A DNA stretch of 62,720 nt, filler included. It is 11 parts of 11 records of this genome, joined end to end, with 100 filler letters (N's around TTAATTAATTAA, not from the genome) between each part and the next. Parts side by side here need not be neighbours in the genome. Positions count along the whole stretch, not along the records: positions 41,395 to 59,148 come from SRR11831586_83; 10 more parts are not named here. One strand, given 5' to 3'. The position numbers were made by a program, and so were the translations under genes. Within the stretch, counting starts at the first letter, position 1; the number at the start of each line of letters is the position of its first letter. The notes under the pieces are model-generated. The model had not been told where the DNA came from. It worked only from the letters and a program-made list of their open reading frames with translations, and did no database searches. Positions 41,395 through 52,935 of the stretch are shown here, piece by piece.

Positions 41395-42843
41395 CCTGAA
41401 GATAATCAGAACAGACGCTGGCCTCAAATTCGTAATGGCAACGTATCCCATCGTTTAGCGAAGTTGCTGATGCTGGGGGCTGGATTCAAAACCGTCAATG
41501 CGGCAACTATTGATATTATCAATACATGGCTGAAAGAAGCATGGGCCCAACTTACCGGACCGCTTGCAGTACTGAAACCCGATGGCAACCGTTTTTATTT
41601 ACCGAAAGAGCATATGACTTTTTCTTTAATCACGGATGCCTGGATTTGCCCGGTAACCAATAAAATCCTGGATACGGCTTTTAAAGGCTTAACCCCTTAT
41701 CTGCCTACCCATATTTCGTTCGAGCATCTTACCCTGGCGCAATATGACACTTTTGTCGCGCAGAAAGTCACAATGCCGGAAATCTGGAAGCTGGATCGTT
41801 CACAGGAAGACTACGCAGAGGGTCTGGCAAAAGCACGCGACTGGGTCAGCCATGATCCGCTGATCGCACAATTGCGGTCGGAAAACGTCTGGACAGACAT
41901 TAACGATCGTGTCGTGGAAGGCGGCTTCTACTATCGTACTGCCGAGCACTCTGCCCAGCAGTCGTCAGAACGTCTGCAAAGCTATGAAAAGATGTTCAAG
42001 AATGGGCAACTAAATGTTCTCAACTGTTCCACCACCATGGAAATGGGGGTTGATACCGATCGCGTGATGACGCTGGCCTCTCGCAGCCAGCAGGCAACGA
42101 TTCCGGGGCCGGAGTGGCACCTGAATGACGAACTGGTGGTGCGTAGTCTCGGTTATAAAACGGTAGAACTGAACGAGTTTATTCTGCCGGCTAAAGCCAC
42201 CAACGCTGTCGAGCGGGTCAAAGACATTCAGATCCACAAACAGTTGAATGGACCACTGTCGCAGTTTGGGCAACGCTTCTGGGACGTGCTGTTTAACGAC
42301 CATGAAGAAGCGCAGTCACTGATGAATAACACGCGAATTACCGGCGTTCACTATACCGATCGCTATCTGCAAAACCCGGTTGCGCTGGCGTTGTTGGGAT
42401 CAATTCTGAGACCGCTAAAAACAAAGCTGACCGATGGCGCTGAAGTGACGCTGGATACGCTATTTAAAGATAAAGATCGCCCCGGTAACCGGCCTTTCCA
42501 TGACTGGATGAGCATAGCGGATTTTCAGGATTTCGCTGATCAGTGGTTTGCTGCTGCGCTGGGCAGGCCGGTAGAACTGACGGTGTTCGACTCGCCGCGC
42601 GATATCCCTCACCATCGTAAACTGACGGTGACTTTTGAGGATGGTCAGGTATTGAAGATCCGCTTCGATCAGGGGATGGGCTACTGGCGCATCAACTTTT
42701 CATCGCAATGGCATTACTTTGATTTCCGCGATGACGTTTCTTTCCAGTTAGTCAAAATGGCTCAGGCCTGCAAGGAAGGGAATGTCGCCAACAGCGAAGA
42801 GAGTTGGGCAACGGATGTGCTGGTGGAGGTGATCGCCTCCTGA
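41395..42843 (+). pseudogene. yjiV: internally deleted SF2 helicase remnant (yjiV/mcrD region), DruE-like; 5' part missing from contig
   Basis: AEHSAQ and [12 protein letters not shown] helicase motifs with no motif VI after them; convergent with mcrC. Confidence 0.8.
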
Positions 42844-42899
42844 TGATGAGCCGCTCCCGATGTGGTGTCGGGAGCGGTATTTTCTATAAAACTTACCGC

Positions 42900-43946
42900 T
42901 TATTTGAGATATTCATCGAAAATGTCGAGTAATTCTTGATGTATACACGGCCATTCCTGACCTAAATTGACGGTACACAAGCCAATATCGAAGCCATTAA
43001 TTTTATAACGATGTTTCACTGCGGTATCTACGTGGGGATATATTAATAACCCCCCTATGTTTTCGCCATTTTCAGGCTTTAACGACCATAAGTAATTCAT
43101 CAGTTGATAAAGATTTTGCGAATGAAATTTTTCTGTTCCCATTCGTCGTGAAAAAATGCTCTTATAGTATTTGGCGTCAACGATAAGTATTTTTTCTGAT
43201 GAGCGAATGGTGATGTCAGTTTCCATTCGAGGTAACAAATTAAGTGACTGATCCGATATACTCGATGCATCCCATTTTAAATAAGAGCGGGTTGTGTTTG
43301 CAGACGTTAATTCACGACGGCAAAATTCATAAAGAAACTTTTGATAAAGTAATGACATCTCTTTTTCGTTTCTTTCAAAATCATAGAAACGGTAGTGTCC
43401 TTTGTTTTGACCTGGAATAGAATTATTGACGATGAATTTGCAGACACTGATAACGAATTTATAATAACGCGTATTTTTTCCGCCATTCAGATAGCTGAAA
43501 TGCTGCGGAGTTAAATGAAGAGTGCTAATGCCCGGTAATTTTCTATAAAGTGAACGAGCTTCATCTCTGATAGTTGAATTTAACTTTTCATGCTTAATTA
43601 ATATGGCTAATGTGCTTTTTATAATTCGGTTAGCCAGCGTGTCTTCATTAAGCATATCAAAAGTACTGACGGTTTTCCCATGATTAAGATGGAAGCCGCG
43701 TATTGTTTTAGCAAACTCTATTCGCCCTTTGATGCCAGGAATGATCTCGGTGTTAGGATTGTAATCAAGCTCAAGCCCTCGGCGTGAAAGCTGTAAAACC
43801 CCTTTATTTAATACATACCCCAGGATATCAAGAAGATTGTTACCGGGTATGGCTTCAAGGTTTGCCTGCTTAATTTCCTGTAAATAACCCCATGCATAGG
43901 TAAGCATGTAATAGATATTACGGACAGGTATCACGGGCTGTTCCAC
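42900..43946 (-). CDS. mcrC: McrBC nuclease subunit
   Basis: GTG start, 348 aa, ETD..DAKYY PD-(D/E)xK motif. Confidence 0.97.
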   Translation of the reverse strand: MEQPVIPVRNIYYMLTYAWGYLQEIKQANLEAIPGNNLLDILGYVLNKGVLQLSRRGLELDYNPNTEIIPGIKGRIEFAKTIRGFHLNHGKTVSTFDMLNEDTLANRIIKSTLAILIKHEKLNSTIRDEARSLYRKLPGISTLHLTPQHFSYLNGGKNTRYYKFVISVCKFIVNNSIPGQNKGHYRFYDFERNEKEMSLLYQKFLYEFCRRELTSANTTRSYLKWDASSISDQSLNLLPRMETDITIRSSEKILIVDAKYYKSIFSRRMGTEKFHSQNLYQLMNYLWSLKPENGENIGGLLIYPHVDTAVKHRYKINGFDIGLCTVNLGQEWPCIHQELLDIFDEYLK

Positions 43947-45325
43947 TATGAGTCCCCTAATAATTTGTTGGTCCATTTCTGTTGTTTATAGGGGTCATCA
44001 AAGAAATATTCTTCGAGTAAAGGGGCGATATCCGTCATCACAATTTCATTAAGCCATTGCGTATCCGGAGAGGTGCCATCTTCCAACCCACAGCAGAAGT
44101 AACTATGCCCAATGCGGAATCCTTTCCCAAGGATAGTGGCCTCTTTGCTGATTTCCTGGTTCAACTCGTTCATTTTTTGGCATAAAGACTCAACAAATGA
44201 AGGTTCTGCTTTTTTATTCAGTAAAAAATTCCGGAACTGTGGTGTATCAAAACCTGGCTCAATATCTATGAAAGAAAATCGTCTGCGTAGGGCATAGTCA
44301 ACAACGGCCAGAGAGCGATCGGCAGTATTCATTAAACCGATGATATAAACATTCTCCGGGACATAGAATCGTTCTTCATCGTTTTCGGAGTAGGTTAGGG
44401 GAACAGACCAGTTTTCACCTCGTTTATCATGTTCCATTAACATCATCACTTCGCCAAATACTTTACTGAGATTGGCACGATTGATTTCATCTATAATAAA
44501 AATATACTTTTTCTCTGGCTGCTCTTTAGCTTGCTGACAAAAATTGTAAAATATGCCGTCTTTACGTCGGAAGCCGACGCCATTCGGACGATAGCCCTGT
44601 ATAAAATCCTCATAGCTATAAGATTGATGGAACTGAACCATATTGACGCGTTGCGGAGCCTTTTCTCCTGTCAGCAAGTAAGCCAGACGGCGTGCAACAA
44701 AGGTTTTTCCAACGCCGGGCGGCCCCTGGAGGATAATATTTTTTTTGATGGTTAATCGTTTGAGTATCGTCTCTATTGTGGTTTCAGGGATAAACAAATC
44801 ATTTAACGCATCTTCCAGACAGTATGATTCAGTTTTTGACATAGGTGGAATAACACTCTTGCCAGAATTAAATATTAATTTATAGTCGTTGATTATGTTG
44901 TCCAGCATAGAGGCAAATCGGGTGTAATCAATACCCTGTGAGACTTTTTGGGAACAGGCGTAATAGGACTGTCCGTATTTTTTAGGATATACACCCGAAG
45001 TTGCCTGAAAATACTCTGCGATTGTTTTAGGTATGTCTGAAGAGAACTGCCATTGGGCATGTGGTTCATTCGTGTCGCTTATACCATAAGCCAAAACCAA
45101 CTCATCAAAATCTTTATAATAGAGAATAACGGGATATATACCGTTAGAAGCTTCCTGACCTTCTCCAAGAAATGCAAACCAGGGAATAGACGTAAAATTA
45201 CCATAACCGAAACTCAATTTTACTCGCAGGTTACGGTAAGACGTTGGATAATCTTTAGTGGATTGCGAACGTTGTTGCTGTGCTTGCTTAATAAATTTTT
45301 CAATCCAGGGTTGAATAGATTCCAT
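43946..45325 (-). CDS. mcrB: McrBC GTPase / methylcytosine-binding subunit
   Basis: Start MESIQPW gives 459 aa; GPPGVGKT, DEINR, MNTADR. Confidence 0.98.
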   Translation of the reverse strand: MESIQPWIEKFIKQAQQQRSQSTKDYPTSYRNLRVKLSFGYGNFTSIPWFAFLGEGQEASNGIYPVILYYKDFDELVLAYGISDTNEPHAQWQFSSDIPKTIAEYFQATSGVYPKKYGQSYYACSQKVSQGIDYTRFASMLDNIINDYKLIFNSGKSVIPPMSKTESYCLEDALNDLFIPETTIETILKRLTIKKNIILQGPPGVGKTFVARRLAYLLTGEKAPQRVNMVQFHQSYSYEDFIQGYRPNGVGFRRKDGIFYNFCQQAKEQPEKKYIFIIDEINRANLSKVFGEVMMLMEHDKRGENWSVPLTYSENDEERFYVPENVYIIGLMNTADRSLAVVDYALRRRFSFIDIEPGFDTPQFRNFLLNKKAEPSFVESLCQKMNELNQEISKEATILGKGFRIGHSYFCCGLEDGTSPDTQWLNEIVMTDIAPLLEEYFFDDPYKQQKWTNKLLGDS

Positions 45326-45486
45326 AAGATATGCCTTCCTCATTGCTAAGCCTCTATTATCGCTTTCGCAACGTACTGAAACAATAGATTTTTACTGCAA
45401 AATCAGACTGGTAAATATTTACTGAGGGGGAAAGTTTCTATTGAGTCAGTGGAAGGCTCCCGGTGGTTAACCGGGAGTAAACGCTG

Positions 45487-45828
45487 TTACGCGACTTTCT
45501 GTTTACCGGCAATCACTCCAATAAACGCCTGCACCTGCTTTTGTTTACGCGCCGACAGTTTGCACACCTGGCGTAGCGACTGCATCAGTTCGCTCTCCTC
45601 GGCGGCGGGTGGTTGGGCGGTGAGGACAATACAGCCTTCCATCACTTTGACATCTACCGCCGTGCCAGTGGCAAAACCGGCGGCTTCCAGCCACTGACCT
45701 TTCAGGGTGATGGCGGGAATACGGCTGTAATCCGGGTAGCGACTCGCATAACCGACGGTGACATGACGGTTATTTGCCGGGGAGACTTCTGCTTCGAACG
45801 GTTGTGCAATAGAATGCGTGTCAGTCAT
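45487..45828 (-). CDS. symE: SOS-induced type I toxin
   Basis: Start MTDTHSIAQ gives 113 aa; [11 protein letters not shown]. Confidence 0.96.
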   Translation of the reverse strand: MTDTHSIAQPFEAEVSPANNRHVTVGYASRYPDYSRIPAITLKGQWLEAAGFATGTAVDVKVMEGCIVLTAQPPAAEESELMQSLRQVCKLSARKQKQVQAFIGVIAGKQKVA

Positions 45829-45899
45829 AACTGCTATTCTCCAGGAATAGTGATTGTGATTAGCGATGCGGGTGTGTTGGCGCACATCCGCACCGCGCT
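45823..45899 (+). ncRNA. symR: cis-antisense antitoxin sRNA
   Basis: Antisense to the symE start and RBS, ends in a GC-rich hairpin; boundaries from recalled annotation. Confidence 0.8.
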
Positions 45900-45905
45900 A
45901 AATAC

Positions 45906-45921
45906 CTGTATATATCATCAG
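45906..45921. promoter_or_regulatory. LexA box of symE
   Basis: CTGTATATATCATCAG = CTG-N10-CAG. Confidence 0.9.
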
Positions 45922-46055
45922 TAAATATGGGGAAAGTCCAGCTAAAAATAGAATAAAATGGGCAATTTCTGGAATGATTTAAATATATTTATGTGGGTTA
46001 TGATTGGCGTGAAATAATAAAAAGCGCACCGGAAAGGTGCGCCAGAAAATAATGT

Positions 46056-47449
46056 TCAGGATTTTTTACGTGAGGCTTTTTTACCCCCGCTAGCTGCGCG
46101 TTCAGCTTTGATTTTTTCCAGCAACGCGGCGGCGCTGTTTTCTCCGCTGATCAAATCCGGGTTTTCGGCCCGCCACTGGGCGGTAAGTTCACCACGGAAC
46201 GCTTTTGCCAGGATGGATTGCGTCAGGTTGTTGACGCGGGCTAAGGCGTTGTTGACCTGTTTTTCTATGGTGTCGGCGTAGGCGAAGAGTTGCTCGACGC
46301 GGCGAACGATTTCGGCTTGTTCTTTTACTGGAGGTAATAAAACAACTTGGGATTTGATATCTTTTCCTGAAATACCTTTTTGACCAGAAGTTGTTTTCAC
46401 GCAGTTCATCATTGCATTTCGTGCTGAGGGGGATGAAAAAAATATTTCGATATATTCTGGTAAAGCATCTTTGGTTAATCGAGCTCGAATAAGTTTATCA
46501 GGATATAGCAAATTTTGATGTTGTAATTTTTTCAATAACCCACAAACACCAACAAATTCTAAACTTCCGTTATAGCGAGTAAATAAAAGATCTCCATCTT
46601 GTAATTTGTGGCGGTTTAGTTCACTTTCTGAACATTCTAGAAACCGAATATCGTTTTGATCTACATGGCCAGCACGTACAGAACTAATGCGTAGTATTGG
46701 ATGACCAACACCACTTTCATTTGGCTTTGATGAAAGACCATTACGTAATTCAGTTAAGATAGATTCAAAATTTAACTTCTTAAATACAGAATGTTGCGGC
46801 TCAAAATTACGCCATTTTTCTGTCAATTTTCCATTAACTGCGCCCCCCAATACCGCTTGACGAAAACGTTTCAGGATTTGTGGGATTTGCTCAAAACGTG
46901 CTTTGGTGCTGTCTACCTGCGCCAGCAGCGTATCGAGTTTTTCAGCGATGATTTTTTGTTCGGCAAGTGGTGGGATTGGTATATTTATCAAATCAAAGCT
47001 TGCCGGCTTAATATTATTAATATTTGCACCAGCAGAAAGTGATGAAATTTTGTTTCGATAAAGAGAAGATTTTGTGAAATGAGCAATAAAACCAGAAAAT
47101 ATAAGTTTTTCAGGACGTAATACACCGCAAAATGCGCCGAAACTACATTCAAATGGTAGATGCTGATGTGCGGATTTACCAACTACGGATTTGCTCCCTG
47201 ATGACATTGCAATAACAATATCTTCAGGAGATATTTTTTGACTTTCTTTAACAAGATTTTTAGGAACAAAACCAAGTCCGTAGTATCAAACTTGCCATTC
47301 TGAATATTGTTCGCACGGATAAGAGGCAAATAATCATCTTTTAGATAATTTATTGCCTGCTCTTTTTTATACGTTACTCCTCGGATTAGAGTTGTGACCG
47401 TAGATACTGGGGCGATAACCCACCCCTCCGGCAATTTCCCCGCACTCAT
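46056..47449 (-). CDS. hsdS: EcoKI specificity subunit with apparent 1-nt deletion at 47268-47271
   Basis: MSAGKLPEGW start, PPLAEQ/PPVKEQ repeats; span 1394 nt, one short of a whole number of codons. Confidence 0.94.
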
Positions 47450-49035
47450 TCCTTCACCCCACCAAACGCTTCTTCCAGCAACTGACGCTGCAAATCGGCC
47501 TCATCGCTCGCCCCCAGTTCACGCATCAGCGCATCCAGTTCAGACAGCGCCTGTACCAGTTCGCCCATCGCTTCTGCCGCTAATACATCCGGCTCCGGCA
47601 GGCTGTCGGCATCAATACTGTCTTTATCTTTCAGCCAGGAGATATCCAGCGAATCGGATTTTGCGGTGCGGATCCACTCACGGCTGAACTTGCGCCAGCG
47701 GCTGGTAGCAAGATGCTGGTCGGTGTTTTTGTTCTCTTCGCTGTCGGCAACTTCCGTCTCTTCGGCGTTAAAACTCCATTCACCTTCAGTGCGCGGGCTT
47801 AAACCGTGCGGGTCTTCGCCATACACGCGCTCAAACGGCTGCAAATGCTCGTCGGTAAACGGTGTGCGCTTGCCGAAACTCGGCATATTGGTACGCAGGT
47901 CATACACCCACACATCATCGGTACAGTTCTTATCCTGATTCGGGTTCGCCACCGTCCCTTTGGTAAAGAACAGCACGTTGGTCTTCACGCCCTGAGCGTA
48001 AAAAATACCGGTCGGCAGACGCAGAATGGTGTGCAGATGACACTTATCCATCAGGTCACGACGAATGTCGGTGCCTTTGCCGCCTTCAAACAGCACGTTA
48101 TCCGGCACCACCACCGCCGCACGACCGCCGGGATGCAGCGTTTCGATAATATGCTGCATAAAGCACAACTGTTTGTTGCTGGTCGGGTGAACAAAGGTGC
48201 GGGTAATGTTGGTGCCTGCGGCGCTGCCAAACGGCGGGTTAGTGGCGACAATATGCGCCTTCGGCAGGTTTTCACCGTCGCTACCCAGAGTGTTGCCCAG
48301 ACGGATTGCGCCGCCGTGGTCGAGGTTGCCTTCAATATCGTGCAGCAGGCAGTTCATCAGTGCCAGACGACGGGTGCCGGGCACCAGTTCGAGGCCGATA
48401 AACGCGCGGTGGATCTGGAAATCCTGCGTGTCGCCATCAAGGTCGTCCAGATCATTGGTTTGCGACTTAACATAGCGGTCGGCTTCAATCAAAAAGCCCG
48501 CCGTACCTGCCGCCGGGTCCTGCACCACTTCACGCGGCTGCGGTTTCAGCAGATGAATAATGGTTTTAATCAGCGGACGCGGGGTGAAGTACTGGCCTGC
48601 ACCAGACTTGGTTTCATTCGCGTTCTTCTGCAACAGCCCTTCGTACATATCGCCGAAGTCATCGCGCGACTTACCGTGCGCGCCGTTGTACCAGTCCAGC
48701 GAATCCATATTGCTGACCAGTGCGGTTATTTGTTTCGGCTCGGTGATGGTGGTACTAACATTATGAAAAACTGCCTGTACCAGCTTTTTGTCATCTTCGC
48801 CTAAATGCACGAGCATTTTTCGGTAGAACTGCAACTGCTCCTGGCCGATGCGGGATTTCAGGTCATCCCAGCGGTAACCTTCCGGCAGGTATTCCGCTTC
48901 CTGACCGGTCTCTTTACACATTTTCAAAAACAGCAGCGAGGCGAGTTCATTGACGTAGTTTTGATAGGAAACGCCGCCATCGCGCAGGTTGTCGCACAGC
49001 TTCCACAGCTTCGCGACCAGATCGTTATTGTTCAT
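47446..49035 (-). CDS. hsdM: EcoKI methyltransferase subunit
   Basis: 529 aa, GQYFTP, DPAAGTAGF, NPPF. Confidence 0.98.
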   Translation of the reverse strand: MNNNDLVAKLWKLCDNLRDGGVSYQNYVNELASLLFLKMCKETGQEAEYLPEGYRWDDLKSRIGQEQLQFYRKMLVHLGEDDKKLVQAVFHNVSTTITEPKQITALVSNMDSLDWYNGAHGKSRDDFGDMYEGLLQKNANETKSGAGQYFTPRPLIKTIIHLLKPQPREVVQDPAAGTAGFLIEADRYVKSQTNDLDDLDGDTQDFQIHRAFIGLELVPGTRRLALMNCLLHDIEGNLDHGGAIRLGNTLGSDGENLPKAHIVATNPPFGSAAGTNITRTFVHPTSNKQLCFMQHIIETLHPGGRAAVVVPDNVLFEGGKGTDIRRDLMDKCHLHTILRLPTGIFYAQGVKTNVLFFTKGTVANPNQDKNCTDDVWVYDLRTNMPSFGKRTPFTDEHLQPFERVYGEDPHGLSPRTEGEWSFNAEETEVADSEENKNTDQHLATSRWRKFSREWIRTAKSDSLDISWLKDKDSIDADSLPEPDVLAAEAMGELVQALSELDALMRELGASDEADLQRQLLEEAFGGVKE

Positions 49036-49104
49036 TGTGAGTTCCGTAAATTAAGCAGCGGCCCAAATTCATCGAGCCGCAGAAGAAGAAATTGCCGAGG
49101 GTAA

Positions 49105-49231
49105 TATACACAAAATCATTCAGGTTGCATCAAGGCGGCAAGTGAGTGAATCCCCGGGAGCGTACAGAAGTACGTGACCGGGGTGAACGAGCGCAGCCAA
49201 CGCAGAGGCAGCCTGAAGGATGAAGTGTATA
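49105..49231 (+). repeat. full-length 127-bp ERIC/IRU element between hsdR and hsdM
   Basis: TATACAC...GTGTATA termini with central GTGAATCCCCGGGAGC..GTGACCGGGGTGA core. Confidence 0.93.
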
Positions 49232-49235
49232 CGTG

Positions 49236-52200
49236 TCAGGCCAGCTCGTCCCAGATATAATCGCTGAATTTGCCCAGCAGGGTATCGAGATTATCGTCAA
49301 AGGTTCTTTGCAGCATCGCCTTCCCGCCGCGACGGTGGAAGTTGCCGGTTTTGAAGACATCGTCGTCGAGCACCACTTTCTCTTTCAGCGCCTGCGCTAA
49401 ACGATCGAGCCAGCTTAATTGCTCGCTGCTCCAGTCGTTTTCGCCCTTAATGCGCGTCAGCGCGTGATCGACACGTTCCTCAAACGGTTTCAGCGCATCG
49501 CCCACCGCAGCGCGGCGAATATGACCAATCAGCCGGGCGGCGATATCTTCATTGCGCGTCTCTTTCCATGCTTTGCGCAGGGAAGATTCCTCAAAGTGCT
49601 GGCGGTCAAACCACTCCTGTAGCTCGACCAGCCCTTTACGGGTGAGATCGCGCGGGCGATTAATAACTGCCTGCAATGCCGGTTGCGCGTTCGGGGAACG
49701 TTGCACCAGCGAGTCAAAGGCTTCGAGGAAATCCTGCGGCGTGTCGTAATCACCGTACAGCGATTTTACACTCACCACTTCATCGTCGATATCGAGGAAG
49801 ATCGGCGCATCATTCAGGTTGTTGATGTCCGTTTTCAGCTTTTCCAGACGGGCGATAAAGCCAGGCAGTTTGTTAAAGACTTCGGCGCTCCAGTGCGGCC
49901 CTTTTTCCCGCAGGCGCGAGGCGAAGCCGTTAAAGTTCACGCCCGCCGCGTCCTGGCATAGCTCATCCAGACGACGCACCTGTTTATCTATCGTTTCGCT
50001 GCGGTCACGGTTAAACGTGGCCAGACCGATGATACGCTGGAGCTTCGCCACCAGTTGTTCATGGCTGTGCTCGGCAAAACTGCGGCCATCCGCTTCGGTG
50101 ATTTTATAGGTTTCTGAATCGGTAATTTCATTGACCAGCGTTTGCAGTTCCACCTTCGGGCGCACCACCACCGGACGCATGGTGTCGACGCTCTCCAGCG
50201 TGCTGTAGATATCGACACAGTCAAAAATCTTAAAGCTGGTTTTATTCACCTCCGGGCATAAGCGCGTGGCGCGGCCTTTCATCTGTTCGTACAGAATGCG
50301 GCTGCGTACTTTACGCAGGAACACGATATTACAGATCGACGGAATATCGACGCCGGTCGTCAGCAGGTCGACGGTTACCACGATATTGGGCAGCCGCTCT
50401 TTATTGAAGCGGGTGATCATGGTCTGCACTTTGCGCGCGTCTTTATCGGCATCACCGGTGATCTTGATGATCGCGTCGTGCTCCAGTTGCGGATACTTTT
50501 TCTTGAACGCGGCACGCAGCTCTTCCACCACCATATCGGCATGGGCATTGGTGACGCAGAAGACCAGCGTTTTTTGCGATCCGGTCGGGTCAAGATAATT
50601 GGTGAGTTCGTTACAGACGGCGCGGTTAAACGCCGGGATCACCAGGCCACGGTTAAAGTCGGCGACTTCAAAATCCTGATCGTCTTCCAGGGTGTCATTG
50701 ATCACTTCTCCCTGCGGGCTGATGCGCTCTACCTGCTCGCCTTTGGAGAGATAAACCCCCTCCTGCGCGTTGCGGGTGATGATCTGAATAGGCGGATCCT
50801 GGTCGATCAGAAAACCGTCGATAACCGCGGTACGGTAGGTATAACGGTAAACCGGCTCGCCGAAAATCTGCACAGTATGTAGCGCCGGGGTGGCGGTGAG
50901 AGCGATTTTTACCGCATCGAAGTGATCGAGAATGCGACGGTAGGCAGAGACGTAATCCAGCTGGCTGCGGAACTGCAGTTCGCCTTCGGTCTGCTCTTTA
51001 TCGAGAATATAGCCGCGATGCGCTTCGTCAACGACGATACAGTCGTAACGGGCCACCGGCATCGGTTCATCTGATTGCAGGGTGCGTTTCACCAGCGACT
51101 GTACGGTGGCAACGTGAATTTTGGTGCTGTCTTCCGGGAATTTATCCGTCAGCCCTTTAATGTCGAAAATGCTGTTGAAGGTGTCGCCGTTAATACGCGT
51201 ATCTTCAAACGCGCCCAGCGCCTGTTCGCCAAGAGAACGGCGGTCGACAAGGAAGAGAATGCGTTTAAAACGCTGGGACTGGATCAGGCGGAACATCATG
51301 GCGATTGCCGTACGGGTTTTACCGGTACCGGTCGCCATCGCCAGCAGGATCTCTTGTTGCCCCTTGACGATTGCCTTTTCAACCGCGCGGACGGCATCTT
51401 CCTGATAATAACGCAGGCCCAGCTCGCTCATGCCAGGGTTATCGGCAAACCACTGATTCTGTTTTTGCGGTTCGCTGCCGAGCATTTCCAGCAGCTCTTC
51501 CGGGCGGTGCCACTCGGGTAAGGCTTTCGACATATTGCGGGTATCACGCACGTCGCGATACCAGATGCCGCTTTTGGTCTTCATTGTTGCGCGGTATTCG
51601 CGCCCGTTGGTCGAGTAGCAGAAGGGGATTTTAAACCGTTGTTTGCCGCTGGTGTCCTGTCAGCTGGTTTCATACTCTGGCACTGCTTCATGCACTTCAT
51701 CCGGTGAGTAGTGCTCAAGCAAGGTTTCCCGCAGGAAGCCATTATCGAAACATTTACTGTAGCGATACGACTCATTGAGCCTGGCGGGAACGTCGATATT
51801 GTTACGTTTCGCCTCTACCACCGCGATGGGTTTGAGGCCGACAAACAGCACATAATCCGCAAAGCCCTGATTACCCGTTTCATCTTTTCCGGTCGGCCAT
51901 TCGGCAATGGCTTTATTGACGCCGGGTTCCGGACGTGCGCCTTTGGAGAAGCGCAGGGTTTTGCTGTCGGCCTGCCAGCCTGCTTTACGCAGTTGCGCAT
52001 CAATCAGGAAGCGACTCTCTTCTTCGCTAAGGTTGAGTGTGCGCTTGATGGCCTGATCGGTAATTTCTTTGTGGTAAGCCTTACGTTCCTGTTCGGTCTG
52101 TTTTGCCAGTTCCGCGTTCTTCTCGGCGAGCTGTGCTTCCAGTGCCGCAAGGCGAGCCTGGGTTTGCGCTTCGGTTTCCTGCTGTTTGCCTTCCAGAATG

Positions 52201-52748
52201 GCGATATAGCCGTTCAGGGCAACCAGCTTCTGCTGTTGCGCTTCGACTTCTGCCTGAGTCTGCGCTTTTTCTCGCACCTGCTGTTCAAGCTGTTGTTTTA
52301 GCGTCAGCACTTCCTGGTGATAGAGGTTTTCACCACGTTCCGGCAACACAAACACCGGCACCGGGAAGTCATAATCTTTAGTGACCAGACGGTAGTACCA
52401 GACAGCCAGGCGGAACCCGAGTCGCAGGCACATCTGGGCATCGTTGAGATCGTTATGATATTCGTGCACCGCCTGGTTACCAATGCGGCGTAATTTGTGA
52501 AATACAGAGAGGATGTTGTCATCAACAAAGGCGATTTTGCCGAGTTCACGCAGGAGATCGTGTTGATTCTCACAAGGGGGGATGTTGAGTAACAGACCAA
52601 GATGTTTCGCTGTGGCTTCGCCAAACATACGCATTTTAATCAGCGTCGTGTTGGGATCATCCGGGTAGTTATTTTCCGCCGCACAGGCGATGGCATAAGT
52701 GAAGTCGTTGACGCCCTTCAGGAATTCAAAATTGGATTTATTCATCAT
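49236..52748 (-). pseudogene. hsdR: EcoKI restriction subunit interrupted by an in-frame TGA at codon 363 (51660-51662)
   Basis: The 380-aa and 782-aa ORFs share one frame; total span is 1170 codons plus stop; ATGTGKT and DEAH motifs lie downstream of the stop. Confidence 0.93.
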
Positions 52749-52935
52749 TGTTATTAATCCATTGCTGTGCGGGCCTGTCCAAATATTTAAGGCCCATAAC
52801 ATCTCATCTTAGCTTTCTGTACCTTTCCGGGCAATGACCACGGTCACAGCAACTGACTCATTTCTAACGTGTTCGTCTATTTTTGTAGTGCTATAGTAGC
52901 CGAAAAACATCTACCTGATTCTGCAAGGATGTACT

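Noticed and set aside
51660..51662. hsdR TGA as a selenocysteine or readthrough codon, given selA and selB in the window
   Set aside because: The position corresponds to Trp, not Cys; I saw no convincing SECIS hairpin; selAB are on an unrelated contig.
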